Of a stretch of DNA of 64,000 bases, positions 47,496 to 58,407 are shown in pieces. Numbering within the stretch: position 1 is the first letter of the stretch; each line of letters starts with the position of its first letter. Both the position numbers and the translations under genes were made by a program. Under the pieces are notes generated by a model that was not told the origin of the DNA, ran no database searches, and saw only the letters and a program-made list of their open reading frames with translations. Source of the stretch: an uncultured bacterium (lineage in GTDB: Bacteria; Acidobacteriota; Thermoanaerobaculia; Multivoradales; JAHZIX01); assembly GCA_965368975.1 (NCBI GenBank), contig CBDUPA010000013.1:146644-210643 (forward strand), given 5' to 3'.

Positions 47496-47718
47496 ACTCA
47501 CCAGGCCTGCAGGAACCCCCCGCCCGGGATGCTCACTCACCACTGGCGGGCACCATTCACACCTTCATCGGCCGCCACGTTACCGGCTCTGCCTGGCCTC
47601 CCACGCCACGGCCCACCGCCGGCTCCTGGATCTTCGATCCTAGCGAGAACGGGCTCGCTCGTCGTGCGCGCCGATTTCTGCCGCAACAAGTTCTGGCGCC
47701 AAAAGGGGACACGACACT

Positions 47719-48828
47719 ATGGATACATTCGAGCAGATGACCACAATGGGGCACGAGCGAGTCTTGATGTGCTCCAACCCGGAAGTCGGCCTGCAGGCAA
47801 TCATCGCTGTCCATTCGACAGTGCTGGGCCCTGGCCTCGGCGGCGTCCGCATGTGGCCCTACGCCAGCACCGAAGAGGCGTTGCTCGATGCCCTGCGTCT
47901 GTCCCGTGGCATGACCTACAAGGCAGCCACCGCTGGCTTGAACTTGGGCGGCGGCAAGGCCGTGATCATCGGTGACCCCAAGAAGGACAAGAGCGAGGCC
48001 CTGTTCCGTGCCTTCGGCCGCTACGTCGAGTCGCTGCACGGTCTCTACATCACGGCCGAGGACGTCGGCACCGACATCCACGACATGGACCAGATCCTCA
48101 ACGAGACGCGCTGGGTGACCGGTGTCTCGGCAGCCCACGGCGGCAGCGGCGACCCCTCTCCGGTGACCGCCTTCGGCGTCCTGCAGGGCATCAAGGCAGC
48201 GGCGCAGTGGCAGTTTGGCGACGCCTCGCTGAGCGGCCGCTCGATTGCCATCCAGGGCTTGGGCAATGTCGGCTTCCACCTGGCCGAGTTCCTGCACCAG
48301 GAAGGCGCCAAGTTGTTCGGCTCGGACATCGACCCGGACGCGTCCGCCCGCGCCGAGGCAGAGTGCGGCGTCGAGATCGTCGGGAGCGGCGAGATCTTCA
48401 AGGCGGATTGCGACATCTTCGCTCCCTGTGCTCTCGGTGCCGTGCTCAACGACGAAGTGATCCCGCAGCTACGGTGCAAAGTGGTGGCCGGCGGCGCCAA
48501 CAACCAGCTGGACCGCGAAGAAGACCACGCTGTCATGCTCGAAGAGCGCGGCATCCTCTACGCCCCCGACTTCGTGCTCAACGCCGGCGGGTTGATCAAC
48601 GTCTACACCGAACTCAATGGCTACAGCCGTGAGCGTGCCATGCACATGACGCGCGGCATCTACACCAACGTGTTGCGCATCTTCGAGCTGGCCAAGTCCG
48701 AGAGCATCCCGCCGAGCGAGGCTGCCGACCTGGTGGCTGAAGAACGCATCAACAGCATCAAGGACCTTGGCACGCGCCAGTGGGGCCGCTTCGCTGATCG
48801 CCGCACCGCCCAGGCCGCGGAAGCCTGA
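47719..48828 (+). CDS. Glu/Leu/Phe/Val dehydrogenase (leucine dehydrogenase-like)
   Basis: LGPGLGGVR, MTYKAA, GGGKAVI, YITAEDVG, GSGDPSPVTAFGV, QGLGNVG, GGANNQL. Confidence 0.93.
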   Translation: MDTFEQMTTMGHERVLMCSNPEVGLQAIIAVHSTVLGPGLGGVRMWPYASTEEALLDALRLSRGMTYKAATAGLNLGGGKAVIIGDPKKDKSEALFRAFGRYVESLHGLYITAEDVGTDIHDMDQILNETRWVTGVSAAHGGSGDPSPVTAFGVLQGIKAAAQWQFGDASLSGRSIAIQGLGNVGFHLAEFLHQEGAKLFGSDIDPDASARAEAECGVEIVGSGEIFKADCDIFAPCALGAVLNDEVIPQLRCKVVAGGANNQLDREEDHAVMLEERGILYAPDFVLNAGGLINVYTELNGYSRERAMHMTRGIYTNVLRIFELAKSESIPPSEAADLVAEERINSIKDLGTRQWGRFADRRTAQAAEA

Positions 48829-48838
48829 GGAGGCGCTC

Positions 48839-50830
48839 ATGCGCTCTGCTGTGGCTGGCGACGCCCGCGGCGGCGCTCGCTCCCTGGCTCGCGCCTGCGG
48901 CCGATGTGCCGCCCTGGGCTTCCTGCACGGTGCCCTGGTCTACGGCACGGTGCTGGCCGTTCTCCACCTCGAACACAACGCCGTCGCCTCCCTGCGCGAT
49001 GCACTGATCACCGGCGTCGTCTTCGCCGGCCTCTACGGTGTGTGGGCGGCGCTCTTCAGCGCCGGTGGCTTCGTGGCCTCACACTTGCTGCGTCGGCGCC
49101 CAGCAGCGGTAGATAGGGCGGCAGATGGGCAGCCGGCGGAGCCCGCAGCGCTGGCTCTCCAGCGCCGTGGGCTGTTCTGGGGGCTGCTGGGCTTCCACCT
49201 GGTGTTCTGGGAGCTGTTCTTCCTCTACGGCCTGACCTACGACCAGCTCCCCGGTCCCGTCGCCGGTCTGATCACGCGCGCTCCCGGCATGGCGCTCTTC
49301 TTGCTCGTCGCCGGTCTACTGATCGCGGCTGTCGTGACGATGGCCACCTGGCTCTACCTGCGCGCCTGCACCTTCCTGGCCGACCGTGGGCGCTTGCGCC
49401 CGGTGATCCTGGTGGCGACCACGGCAGCACTGGTGGTGCTGCTGGCAACACCGCTGCGCGTACCGCCCCCTTCGCAGGTCTCCAGCACGAGCACGTCGCC
49501 TGCCGACACCGAGCCACGGATCGACGTCGTCGACACCGGCGTGCGCGTCGTGCTGATCGGTCTCGACGGTGCCGACTGGAGAGTCCTCGATCCTCTGCTC
49601 GAGGCTGGCGAGCTCCCCGCCTTCGCGGCGCTGCAGGCCGAAGGCGTGCGCGCCAGCCTGGAGACCCTACCGGACGCCAACTCGGCGGTCATCTGGGCCT
49701 CGATCTACACCGGCACGACACCCGCAGAGCACACCATCCACGACTTCTACCGCATCGAGCTGCCAGGCTTCGCTGGGCCGGGCCTCTATCCGGTGCACCG
49801 CACCTACTTCAAGGAGCTGGCGGATCAGCTCGAGAAGGTCGGCCTGGCACGCCGCACGACGGTCAGCCGCTTCTCCCTGGCGCGGCCGCCACTGTGGGAG
49901 ATCGTCGATCATGCGGGCCTGTCGCTCGGGCTGGTCGATGGTTACTTCTACTCCTTCCCGGCACTGCCGGTGTCACACCCCGACAGCTTTTTCCTCGCCT
50001 ACGGCCTCGACACCTTCAACCAGAGCCTATCGGCAACTGGAGTCTCGGGCGGCACATCGGGAGCCGGTGCGAGCCCGCACGACATCCCCTACTTCGTGCA
50101 ACCCGAGGATCTGTTCCGGCGCGTGCGCGGAGGGCTCGACGGCGGCGACTTCGTATGGCAGCAGCACGCCCTTTTCGAGCTGCTCAGCGACCACCCACAG
50201 CCACGCCTACTCAACTTCTACACCCACGAGCCGGACAGCACCCAGCACTGGAGCTGGAAGTGGTACCAGCCCGAAGCCTACCTCTTCGTCGACGACGCCG
50301 AGGTGGCCGCGCGTGGCGGCGAGATCCGCGACCTGCACCACCGCTTCGATGCTTTCTTGGCCCGCCTACGTGAGCAGCTAGGACCGGACACGGTCTTCGT
50401 CATCGCCTCGGACCACGGCCACGCACCAACGCTGCTGCACAAGTACTACACGCAGCATCGTCACGGTCCGCCGGGCATCCTGCTGATGGCGGGCGGCCCC
50501 CTACGAGCGGGCGTCGACCTCGACGCTGGAGCGAGGGCGACGGGCGCACAGGGGACGGGCATGGAGGCACGCCTCGGCATGGGTATGGGTGCCCACGTCT
50601 ACGACGTCATGCCGACGCTCCTCTACCTGCTCGGCCTACCGGTGCCCGAGGACGCCGCCGGCCGCGTCCTGGAAGAAGCCATTGATGACGACTTCCGGGC
50701 CCGCTTCCCCCTGCGCACCATACCCACCTACGCGCTACCTGGCCTTGGCGGCCTGCTCGACCCCAGCGGACTGTCCGACGAGCGCAACCAGCAGGAACTC
50801 GACAAGCTCAAATCCCTCGGGTACATCTGA
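48839..50830 (+). CDS. Membrane-anchored alkaline phosphatase superfamily (nucleotide pyrophosphatase/phosphodiesterase-like) protein
   Basis: About 5 N-terminal TMs; VVLIGLDGADW, NSAVIWASIYTG, ASDHGH, C-terminal LKSLGYI. Confidence 0.82.
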   Translation: MRSAVAGDARGGARSLARACGRCAALGFLHGALVYGTVLAVLHLEHNAVASLRDALITGVVFAGLYGVWAALFSAGGFVASHLLRRRPAAVDRAADGQPAEPAALALQRRGLFWGLLGFHLVFWELFFLYGLTYDQLPGPVAGLITRAPGMALFLLVAGLLIAAVVTMATWLYLRACTFLADRGRLRPVILVATTAALVVLLATPLRVPPPSQVSSTSTSPADTEPRIDVVDTGVRVVLIGLDGADWRVLDPLLEAGELPAFAALQAEGVRASLETLPDANSAVIWASIYTGTTPAEHTIHDFYRIELPGFAGPGLYPVHRTYFKELADQLEKVGLARRTTVSRFSLARPPLWEIVDHAGLSLGLVDGYFYSFPALPVSHPDSFFLAYGLDTFNQSLSATGVSGGTSGAGASPHDIPYFVQPEDLFRRVRGGLDGGDFVWQQHALFELLSDHPQPRLLNFYTHEPDSTQHWSWKWYQPEAYLFVDDAEVAARGGEIRDLHHRFDAFLARLREQLGPDTVFVIASDHGHAPTLLHKYYTQHRHGPPGILLMAGGPLRAGVDLDAGARATGAQGTGMEARLGMGMGAHVYDVMPTLLYLLGLPVPEDAAGRVLEEAIDDDFRARFPLRTIPTYALPGLGGLLDPSGLSDERNQQELDKLKSLGYI

Positions 50831-50880
50831 TACGCTGCCGCTTCTCTGCAACTCATCGAGACGGTACCGAAGGAGATCCC

Positions 50881-51687
50881 ATGCCATCCTCCATCGCCAA
50901 CGCGGACATCCCCGTGGTCATTCTCTGTGGTGGCCAGGGAACGCGTCTGCGCGAAGAGACCGAGTACCGTCCGAAGCCAATGGTCGAGATCGGTAACAAG
51001 CCGATCCTCTGGCACATCATGAAGCTCTATGGCCACCACGGCTTGCGCCGCTTCATTCTGTGCCTGGGCTACAAAGGCTGGGTGATCAAGCAGTATTTCC
51101 TGCGTTTCAACGAGACGCACCGAGACTTCACCGTCACGCTCGACGGCTCGGCGTCGCTCGCGTACCACAACCGGCAGGCGGACGAGAACTGGGCCGTCAC
51201 CTGTGCCGAGACCGGCGCCGAGACCGGCACAGGCGGTCGCCTGTGGCGCGTGCGCGACTACGTCGACGCCCAGACCTTCTGTTTCACCTACGGTGACGCG
51301 GTCGGCAACATCGACATCGATGCCCTGCTCGACTTCCACCGCAGGCAGGGGCGGCTGGCCACGGTCACCGGTGTCCACCCGACATCACGCTATGGCGAGA
51401 TGAAGGTGAAAGACGGCCGCGCCCTCGAGTTCAACGAGAAACCGACGGTCGCCGAAGGCGTGGTCAGTGGCGGCTTCTTCGTCTTCCAGCGCGAAGTTTT
51501 CGACTACCTGGACAGTGAACCGGGTCTGTTCCTCGAACATGAGCCACTGCGTCGGCTCGCCCGCGACCAGCAGCTCTCGGTCTATGTTCACGAGGGCTTC
51601 TGGCACCCCATGGACACCTACCGCGACTACCTGCACCTCAACGAGGCCTGGAATCGCACGGAGACACCGCCATGGAAGATCTGGTGA
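50881..51687 (+). CDS. rfbF: Glucose-1-phosphate cytidylyltransferase
   Basis: VILCGGQGTRLREETEYRPKPMVEIG, TGGRL, FTYGD, GFWHPMDTYRD, PPWKIW. Confidence 0.93.
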   Translation: MPSSIANADIPVVILCGGQGTRLREETEYRPKPMVEIGNKPILWHIMKLYGHHGLRRFILCLGYKGWVIKQYFLRFNETHRDFTVTLDGSASLAYHNRQADENWAVTCAETGAETGTGGRLWRVRDYVDAQTFCFTYGDAVGNIDIDALLDFHRRQGRLATVTGVHPTSRYGEMKVKDGRALEFNEKPTVAEGVVSGGFFVFQREVFDYLDSEPGLFLEHEPLRRLARDQQLSVYVHEGFWHPMDTYRDYLHLNEAWNRTETPPWKIW

Positions 51688-52997
51688 CCCCTGAACTCAT
51701 GACCGGCCGCTTTCCGTCGTCCCTGTGTTGCCGCAGCTGCGACAAGCCGCTGCGCCACACGGTCGTCGACCTCGGCATGTCACCGCTGGCCAACGCCTAT
51801 CTGAGACCCGAAGACCTGGTCAAGCCGGAGGTCTTCTACCCGCTGTGCACCTATCTGTGTGACCGCTGCTGGCTGATGCAGCTACCCGAGGCGCAGAAGC
51901 CCGAGGACATCTTCTCGGACTACGCCTACTTCTCCAGCTACTCCACCAGCTGGCTCGACCACGCCCGTCGGTACACCGCAACCATGATCGAGCGCCTGGC
52001 CCTCGGAGCGCACAGTCGCGTGGTCGAGATCGCCAGCAACGACGGCTACCTGCTGCAGTACTTTCGCGCTGCCGATATCCCGGTTCTGGGAGTCGAACCC
52101 GCGGCCAACGTCGCCGCCGTCGCCGAGGCCAACGGCATTCCCAGCCGCGTCGAGTTCTTCGGCGCCAGCAGCGCCCGCGCCATCGTCGGCGAAGGGCTGC
52201 GCGCCGACCTGCTGATCGGCAACAACGTCTTCGCTCACGTGCCGGCGATCAACGACTTCGCCGAGGGTCTGGCCACCCTGCTGGCTCCCACCGGCGTCTT
52301 GACTCTCGAGTTCCCGCACTTGCTGCACCTGCTGCAAGAAGATCAGTTCGACACCATCTACCACGAGCACTACTCATACCTCAGCCTGCACAGCGCACGC
52401 ACCGTGCTCGACCGCCATGGCCTGACCGTCTTCGACGTCGACGAGCTCCCGACGCACGGCGGCTCACTGCGCCTCTATGCTCGCCACAAGGCACACGAGG
52501 CGCTGACCCTGCAGCCGAGGGTCCAACAACTGTTGGCGCGCGAGGAGGCGGCCGGACTGACGTCGCTCACTCCCTACCGTGCCTTCGCCGAGCGCGTGCG
52601 TCGGGTCAAGCGTAACTTGCTGCAAAAGCTGATCGACATTCGACGCCAAGGCCGCTCGGTCGCCGGCTACGGTGCCCCGGCCAAGGGCAACACACTCCTC
52701 AACTTCTGCGGCATCGGTACCGACCTGCTCGACTTCACCGTCGACCGCAGCCCGCACAAACAGGGCCACTACCTACCGGGCAGCCGCATCCCGATCCTGG
52801 CACCCGAGCATATCGAGGCCGCCAAACCCGACTACCTGCTGATCCTGCCCTGGAACCTCAAGAGCGAGATCATGGCGCAGATGGCCCACGTCGCCGACTG
52901 GGGCTGTCGCTTCCTGGTCGCCGTGCCGGACGTCGAAGAGCTGGCCGTATCCAGTGCCCCGCCCAATACGACACCCAGCGCGCCCGAGGCGAGCTGA
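51684..52997 (+). CDS. NDP-hexose C-methyltransferase (Zn-binding N-terminus)
   Basis: CRSC...CDRC, VVEIASNDGYLL, FDTIYHEH, YGAPAKGNTLLN, ILPWNL; start may be 51672, 51684 or 51699. Confidence 0.9.
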   Translation: MTPELMTGRFPSSLCCRSCDKPLRHTVVDLGMSPLANAYLRPEDLVKPEVFYPLCTYLCDRCWLMQLPEAQKPEDIFSDYAYFSSYSTSWLDHARRYTATMIERLALGAHSRVVEIASNDGYLLQYFRAADIPVLGVEPAANVAAVAEANGIPSRVEFFGASSARAIVGEGLRADLLIGNNVFAHVPAINDFAEGLATLLAPTGVLTLEFPHLLHLLQEDQFDTIYHEHYSYLSLHSARTVLDRHGLTVFDVDELPTHGGSLRLYARHKAHEALTLQPRVQQLLAREEAAGLTSLTPYRAFAERVRRVKRNLLQKLIDIRRQGRSVAGYGAPAKGNTLLNFCGIGTDLLDFTVDRSPHKQGHYLPGSRIPILAPEHIEAAKPDYLLILPWNLKSEIMAQMAHVADWGCRFLVAVPDVEELAVSSAPPNTTPSAPEAS

Positions 52998-53009
52998 GGA
53001 GCGCGGCAC

Positions 53010-53606
53010 TTGCTCTTCCGCGAGACTCCGCTCGCCGGTGCCTTCGTGCTCGAACCCGAGCAGCACGAGGACGAGCGTGGCGGCTTCTTCCGCAGCTTCT
53101 GCCGGCACGAATTCGAGCGACACGGCCTGGATGCGACCGTTGCCCAGGCCAACGTCTCGTCCAACCGTCGCGCGGGCACGCTGCGCGGGCTGCACTTTCA
53201 GACCGAGCCACACGGCGAAACCAAGCTGGTGCGCTGCAGCCGCGGCCGGCTGTTCGACGTCATCGCCGACCTGCGGCCGGGCTCCAGTACCCAGGGCCAG
53301 TGGTTCGGCACCGAGCTGAGCGCCGCCAACGGTCACCAGCTGTACATCCCCCGGGGCTTCGCTCACGGTTTCCTGACCCTCGACGACGACACCGAGGTCA
53401 GCTACCTGATGGGCAGCTTCTACCAGCCTGGCGCCGGTGCCGGTGTGCGCTGGGACGACCCCGACCTCGCCATCGCGTGGCCGCAGCCGCCACGGTTGCT
53501 GTCGGACCGCGACGCGGCCCTGCCGTCGCTGGCAGAGGTAGACCTCAATGCCCTGCTCTCTCGCGACGCGCCGCGAGCGCTAAACAGCACCGACGCCTCG
53601 GCCTGA
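53010..53606 (+). CDS. rfbC: dTDP-4-dehydrorhamnose 3,5-epimerase family protein
   Basis: DERGGFFR, GTLRGLHFQ, IPRGFAHGF, VRWDDPDLAIAWP. Confidence 0.92.
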   Translation: MLFRETPLAGAFVLEPEQHEDERGGFFRSFCRHEFERHGLDATVAQANVSSNRRAGTLRGLHFQTEPHGETKLVRCSRGRLFDVIADLRPGSSTQGQWFGTELSAANGHQLYIPRGFAHGFLTLDDDTEVSYLMGSFYQPGAGAGVRWDDPDLAIAWPQPPRLLSDRDAALPSLAEVDLNALLSRDAPRALNSTDASA

Positions 53607-53655
53607 ACGCCACACGAGAAGCCCTCACAGAGGAGCCCTCTCAGAGGAGACGACG

Positions 53656-55050
53656 ATGGAAGACCGCACCCCGGAAACGTTCGATGCCGCCGCTGGCCAG
53701 GACATGTACCAGCTGGTGCGCGAGCTGTTCCCGATCTGCCGCTCGATCACCGGCGATGGCGTGCGCCAGACTCTGGACCGCCTGGAAGCCGCCTTCCGCA
53801 CCGATCTCCAGCCGTCCTCCACAAACGCTGGCGTCGAGTTCCGACGCTACGAAGTACCCAGTGGCACGCCTGTGCTCGACTGGACGGTGCCCGACGAGTG
53901 GAACGTACGTGACGCCTACATCCGCAGCGCCCGCGGCGACAAAGTGGTCGATTTCCAGCACAACAACCTGCACCTGGTGAGTTACAGCGAGCCGTTGCGC
54001 GCCAGCCTGAGCCTGGAAGAGCTAGAACCGCACCTGCACAGCCTACCCGACAAGCCCGACCACATTCCCTACCGCACGTCCTACTACAAGCGCACCTGGG
54101 GCTTCTGTCTCAGCCGGCACCAACGTCTCGGCTTGCGCGCCGCCGCCAAGGACGGGCCTTTCGAGGTGGTCATCGACAGTACGCTCGAAGCGGGAGCCCT
54201 CAGCTACGGGGAAATCGTGCTGCCCGGCCAGCTAGCCCAGGAAGTCCTGATCTCGGCGCACTGCTGCCATCCCTCGCTGGCCAACGACAACCTCTCCGCC
54301 CTTGCCGTCACCCTGTGGCTGGCACGCCGGCTGGCCGAGCGCCAACGCCGCTACACCTACCGCATCGTCTACGCTCCCGGCACCATCGGCGCCATCACCT
54401 GGTTGGCGCGCAACCCCGAGGCCGCCAGCCGGGTCGCTCACGGCCTGGTCGCCGCCAACCTGGGTGACGGCGGTGCCTTCACTTACAAGAAGAGCCGGCG
54501 TGGCGACGCCGTCATCGACCGTGCCGTCGTCCACCTGCTGACCAGTCGCGGCCTGGCGCACAGCGTCGAGGACTTCGTGCCCTTTGGCTATGACGAGCGT
54601 CAGTACGGTTCGCCCGGCTTCGATTTGCCCGTCGGCTGCCTGAGCCGCACCGCCTGGGGCCGCTACCCTGAGTACCACACCTCGGCAGACAACCTGGATC
54701 TGGTGCGTCCCGAACACCTGGCCACGTCGCTCGACGTCTACCTCGGCGTCCTCGGCCTGCTCGAAGGCAACCGCACCTACCGCAACCTCAACCCCAGAGG
54801 TGAACCACAACTCGGCCGCCGCGGTCTCTACCGCACCCTTGGCGGCGGAGACGACGGCCGCGAGCGCGAGCTGGCCCTCCTGTGGGTACTCAACCAGAGC
54901 GACGGTAGCCATGACCTGCTCGACATCGCCGAGCGCTCCGGCATGCGCTTCTCCACCCTGCGCCGAGCCGCCGACGCGTTGCTCGCCGCCGACCTGCTCG
55001 AAGAAGTCCTTCCTCCAGTACCACCCCCGACCCCCGAGACCCCAACATGA
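53656..55050 (+). CDS. DUF4910 family aminopeptidase-like protein with C-terminal winged helix
   Basis: LFPICRSITGDGVRQTL, DWTVPDEWNV, HPSLANDNLS, YDERQYGSPGF, YPEYHTSADN, GEPQLGRRGLY. Confidence 0.88.
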   Translation: MEDRTPETFDAAAGQDMYQLVRELFPICRSITGDGVRQTLDRLEAAFRTDLQPSSTNAGVEFRRYEVPSGTPVLDWTVPDEWNVRDAYIRSARGDKVVDFQHNNLHLVSYSEPLRASLSLEELEPHLHSLPDKPDHIPYRTSYYKRTWGFCLSRHQRLGLRAAAKDGPFEVVIDSTLEAGALSYGEIVLPGQLAQEVLISAHCCHPSLANDNLSALAVTLWLARRLAERQRRYTYRIVYAPGTIGAITWLARNPEAASRVAHGLVAANLGDGGAFTYKKSRRGDAVIDRAVVHLLTSRGLAHSVEDFVPFGYDERQYGSPGFDLPVGCLSRTAWGRYPEYHTSADNLDLVRPEHLATSLDVYLGVLGLLEGNRTYRNLNPRGEPQLGRRGLYRTLGGGDDGRERELALLWVLNQSDGSHDLLDIAERSGMRFSTLRRAADALLAADLLEEVLPPVPPPTPETPT

Positions 55051-55805
55051 GTCAAGATACTCACCACACCCTCTCGCTGGCCGGCAAGTCGGCCCTGATC
55101 ACGGGGGCCAGCGGCGGCATTGGCGGTGCCGTCGCGGACAGCCTGGCACGCGCCAACGCCCGCCTGCTGCTCAGCGGCCGCAACGCGAAGCGCCTGCACG
55201 AGGCGGCAGAACGCGCGCAGCGACTGGGAGCCGCCGAGGTCTACACCCACCCTTCGGACCTGGCGGATGCCGGTGCCGTGCCAAGCCTGGTCGATGTCCT
55301 GCGCGAGACGCTGGGTGGCGTCGACCTGCTGGTGCACTCGATCGGTGTCTTCCGCGGCAGCGGCAGGCCCTTCGAAGATGCTTCGCTCGACGACTTCGAC
55401 CTCATGTACCGCGTCAACGTGCGTGTGCCGTACCAACTGACCCAGCTGTGCCTCCCGGGCCTGCGCAAGCGTCACGGCCAGGTCGTGTTCGTCAACTCGA
55501 CCTCCGGCCAGACGAGCCACCCGACCGTCAGCGCTTATTGCGCCTCCAAGTTCGCCCTGCGTGCCGTCGCCGACAGCCTGCGTGCGGAAGTCAACGAAGC
55601 GGGCGTGCGCGTTCTGACGTGCTACCCCGGCCGCACTGCCAGCGACATGCAGGCCGAGGTGCGCGAGTTCGAGAACAAGCCCTACGACCCCGCCGACTAC
55701 ATGCAGCCGGCCGACGTCGCGCACTCAATCGTCGCGGCGCTGACCCTGCCTCGCAGCGCCGAGTTGACCGAGCTGACTGTGCGTCAAATGACACCGCCCA
55801 GCTAG
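55047..55805 (+). CDS. Short-chain dehydrogenase/reductase
   Basis: ITGASGGIG, YCASKFA. Confidence 0.92.
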   Translation: MSQDTHHTLSLAGKSALITGASGGIGGAVADSLARANARLLLSGRNAKRLHEAAERAQRLGAAEVYTHPSDLADAGAVPSLVDVLRETLGGVDLLVHSIGVFRGSGRPFEDASLDDFDLMYRVNVRVPYQLTQLCLPGLRKRHGQVVFVNSTSGQTSHPTVSAYCASKFALRAVADSLRAEVNEAGVRVLTCYPGRTASDMQAEVREFENKPYDPADYMQPADVAHSIVAALTLPRSAELTELTVRQMTPPS

Positions 55806-55814
55806 GCTCAGAAC

Positions 55815-56252
55815 TCAGCCTTCCTGCTCGGCGAACTCCTTGAACTGGTTCATGATCGTCACCGTCTGCTTTTTGAAAGCTCCAGGCATCAACCAACCCA
55901 TCAGCTTCATGAAGATGCCGTGCAGCTCGAACACGTTGTCGCTGCGCCACAGCGTCGAATCGCCCTGATCGATGAACGTGTTGTGCACGGTGTTGAAGAC
56001 ACCTTTGGCCTCGTAGGTGCCGGCGAACTCGTCCGGCAAGTTGCGTACAGTGATCGTCTCGACCATCTCGATACGACGCTTGCCCATCTGGTACACCAGC
56101 TCGGACTTGGCTCCGACCTCTCCCGGAGTACCCGAAATGGGCGTGAAGCTCTCCAGACCCGGCTGCCACTTGCTCAGGTTGTCCGAGTTGTCGAACAGCT
56201 CGATCACGCGCTGCCTGGGCAGCGCAATGATCAGCTCACAGCAATACTTCAT
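55815..56252 (-). CDS. SRPBCC (START-like) family protein
   Basis: LFDNSDNLSKWQPGL, IEMVETIT, AFKKQT..MNQFKEFAE; RBS GGAGAG before ATG 56252. Confidence 0.85.
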   Translation of the reverse strand: MKYCCELIIALPRQRVIELFDNSDNLSKWQPGLESFTPISGTPGEVGAKSELVYQMGKRRIEMVETITVRNLPDEFAGTYEAKGVFNTVHNTFIDQGDSTLWRSDNVFELHGIFMKLMGWLMPGAFKKQTVTIMNQFKEFAEQEG

Positions 56253-56301
56253 GGTGAACTCTCCCGGAGGTAGTTGTCGGTGCAACTTGGCTGTGCAGAA
56301 T

Positions 56302-58407
56302 CTATCCTCGGTGCTCCGCCTTGTCCACCACTAGCTCCGTGAGCTTCGCGGTGCGCGAAATGACCGCATCGATGGCTTGCAGCAGCGCGATACGGTTGTT
56401 GCGCAACGCTTCGTCCTTGGCCATCACCATGACGTCTTCGAAAAAGCGGTCCAGCACGCTCGCCAGGTCACCGACGTGCTGCAAACAGCGCAGGTAGTCA
56501 CCATCCGCCGCCGCGGCTTCGACATCGCCGGCCAGACCTTCATAAGCCTCGTGCAGCGCCTTCTCCGCCGGCTCCTCGAGCCTGGCCGGATCGAGCCGCT
56601 GCGCCGGAGCGTCCTTGAGGATGTTCGAGATGCGCTTGGCCGACAGGGCGACGGAGAGGAAGTTCTCGTCCTCGCGAATACGATGCACCGCATCGAGACG
56701 GGCGTGCAAGTCGGGCAGGTTGCGCAGGCTGTCGCCGGCTTCACTGCCCACCGCTACTGCGGCCTCGACCTCGTCGTACGCGTAGTCGCGCAGGCTCAGC
56801 AGGTGCCGCACGCGGTCGGCAAGGAAGGTCTGCCAGGCTTCGAGGGTGGCTGAGCGATCCGCGGTCAAGCGTTCGCCGTAGAGGTCGACGGCCTTGGCCA
56901 TGGCGCGCAGGGGATCGAGCGCGATCTCGCCTTCGAGCAGAATGCGCACCAGCGCCTGAGCTGCGCGGCGTAGGCCGAAGGGATCCTTGGAACCGCTGGG
57001 AATCAGGCCGAGGCCGAACATTCCAGCCAGGGTGTCGAGACGGTCGGCCAGGGCGGTGATGCGTCCGACACGACCACGCGGGATGCGATCGTCGGTGGAC
57101 GCCGGCAGGTACTGATCGTAGAGGGCCTGCCAGACAGCCTCCTCGTAGCCCTCTTCGCGCGCGTAGAGCCCGCCCATGATGCCCTGCAGCGAATCGAACT
57201 CTTTGACCATCTCGGTCGGCAGGTCGGCCTTCAGCAGGCGAGCCGCCTCGACCGCCTCGGCGCGCTCGTCGTCCCAGCCCAACTCGGTGCACAGGTACTC
57301 GGCCAGGTCGGCCAGGCGAGATGCCTTGTCGGCGTAGGAGCCGAGCTTGTCGTGGAAGGTCAGGCGTTCGAGCTGACGCCGGCGATCGGCCAGACGCAGC
57401 TTGCGGTCTTCGTCGTAGAAGAAGCGGCCGTCTTCGAGGCGCGCGGCGACCACCCACTCGTTGCCGGAGCCCACACGGCCGGCTGGGTCGTCGGGCCGGT
57501 CCATGACGGTCAGGAAGACGGGCTTCAGATTGCCCTGCTTGTCCTCGATGGTAAAGGCGTGCTGGTGGTCCCGCAAGCTGGTGATCAGGACCTCGCGCGG
57601 TAGCTCGAGAAAACGCTCGTCGAAGTGGCCCGCGACGACACCCGGAATCTCGCAAATGCCCGTCAGGCTATCGAGCAAGGCGTCGTGGTGGACGAGTTCG
57701 CCACCAGCTTCTTCGGCCAGCGCGTGCATGCGTTCGAGCAACGTCTCGCGACGGGCGTCGGGACGCGCTTCGAGACCGCGCTCGGCCAGCTGAGCATGGT
57801 AGTCGTCGATGCCGCTGACAGTGAAGGAACTGGGACTGAGGATCGGGTGCCCGACGGTCTCCGCGCCGCTGGCGACGCCAAACAGCTCGAACGGCACGAT
57901 CTCCCGGTTGAACAGGGCCACGATGCCGTGCACCGGCCGTACCCAAGGGCCGACTCCGGTCCCCCAGCGCATGTTCTTGGCCCAGTTCAAACCCTGCAGG
58001 ATCTCCGGCACGATCTGCGCCAGCACCTCCGGCGTCGAACGCCCGACGGTGCGCTGCGTCGCCGCCAGGTACTCGCCCTTGTCGGTCTGGATGGTCTCCA
58101 GGTCTTCGGGCGCGACGCCGCACTTTTGGGCGAAACCGGTCAGCGCGCGCGTCGGTTCGCCGTCCTTGTAAGCGACGCGCAACGGTGGGCCGACGACCTG
58201 CTCTTCGCGGTCTGGCTCACGTGCTTCGAGGCCACGAATGGTCACCAGCAGGCGGCGCGGCGTGTAGCCGGTGGCCAGCTCGCGCGGTGCAATACCACGA
58301 GTGGTCAGGTCTTCGAACAGACGTCCCGCCAGCTGCCGCACGGCGGGTCGCAACATGCGGTCCGGGATCTCCTCGGCGCGCACCTCGAGCAAGAATTCGT
58401 TAGCCAT
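56302..58407 (-). CDS. glyS: Glycine--tRNA ligase beta subunit
   Basis: [51 protein letters not shown]. Confidence 0.97.
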   Translation of the reverse strand: MANEFLLEVRAEEIPDRMLRPAVRQLAGRLFEDLTTRGIAPRELATGYTPRRLLVTIRGLEAREPDREEQVVGPPLRVAYKDGEPTRALTGFAQKCGVAPEDLETIQTDKGEYLAATQRTVGRSTPEVLAQIVPEILQGLNWAKNMRWGTGVGPWVRPVHGIVALFNREIVPFELFGVASGAETVGHPILSPSSFTVSGIDDYHAQLAERGLEARPDARRETLLERMHALAEEAGGELVHHDALLDSLTGICEIPGVVAGHFDERFLELPREVLITSLRDHQHAFTIEDKQGNLKPVFLTVMDRPDDPAGRVGSGNEWVVAARLEDGRFFYDEDRKLRLADRRRQLERLTFHDKLGSYADKASRLADLAEYLCTELGWDDERAEAVEAARLLKADLPTEMVKEFDSLQGIMGGLYAREEGYEEAVWQALYDQYLPASTDDRIPRGRVGRITALADRLDTLAGMFGLGLIPSGSKDPFGLRRAAQALVRILLEGEIALDPLRAMAKAVDLYGERLTADRSATLEAWQTFLADRVRHLLSLRDYAYDEVEAAVAVGSEAGDSLRNLPDLHARLDAVHRIREDENFLSVALSAKRISNILKDAPAQRLDPARLEEPAEKALHEAYEGLAGDVEAAAADGDYLRCLQHVGDLASVLDRFFEDVMVMAKDEALRNNRIALLQAIDAVISRTAKLTELVVDKAEHRG

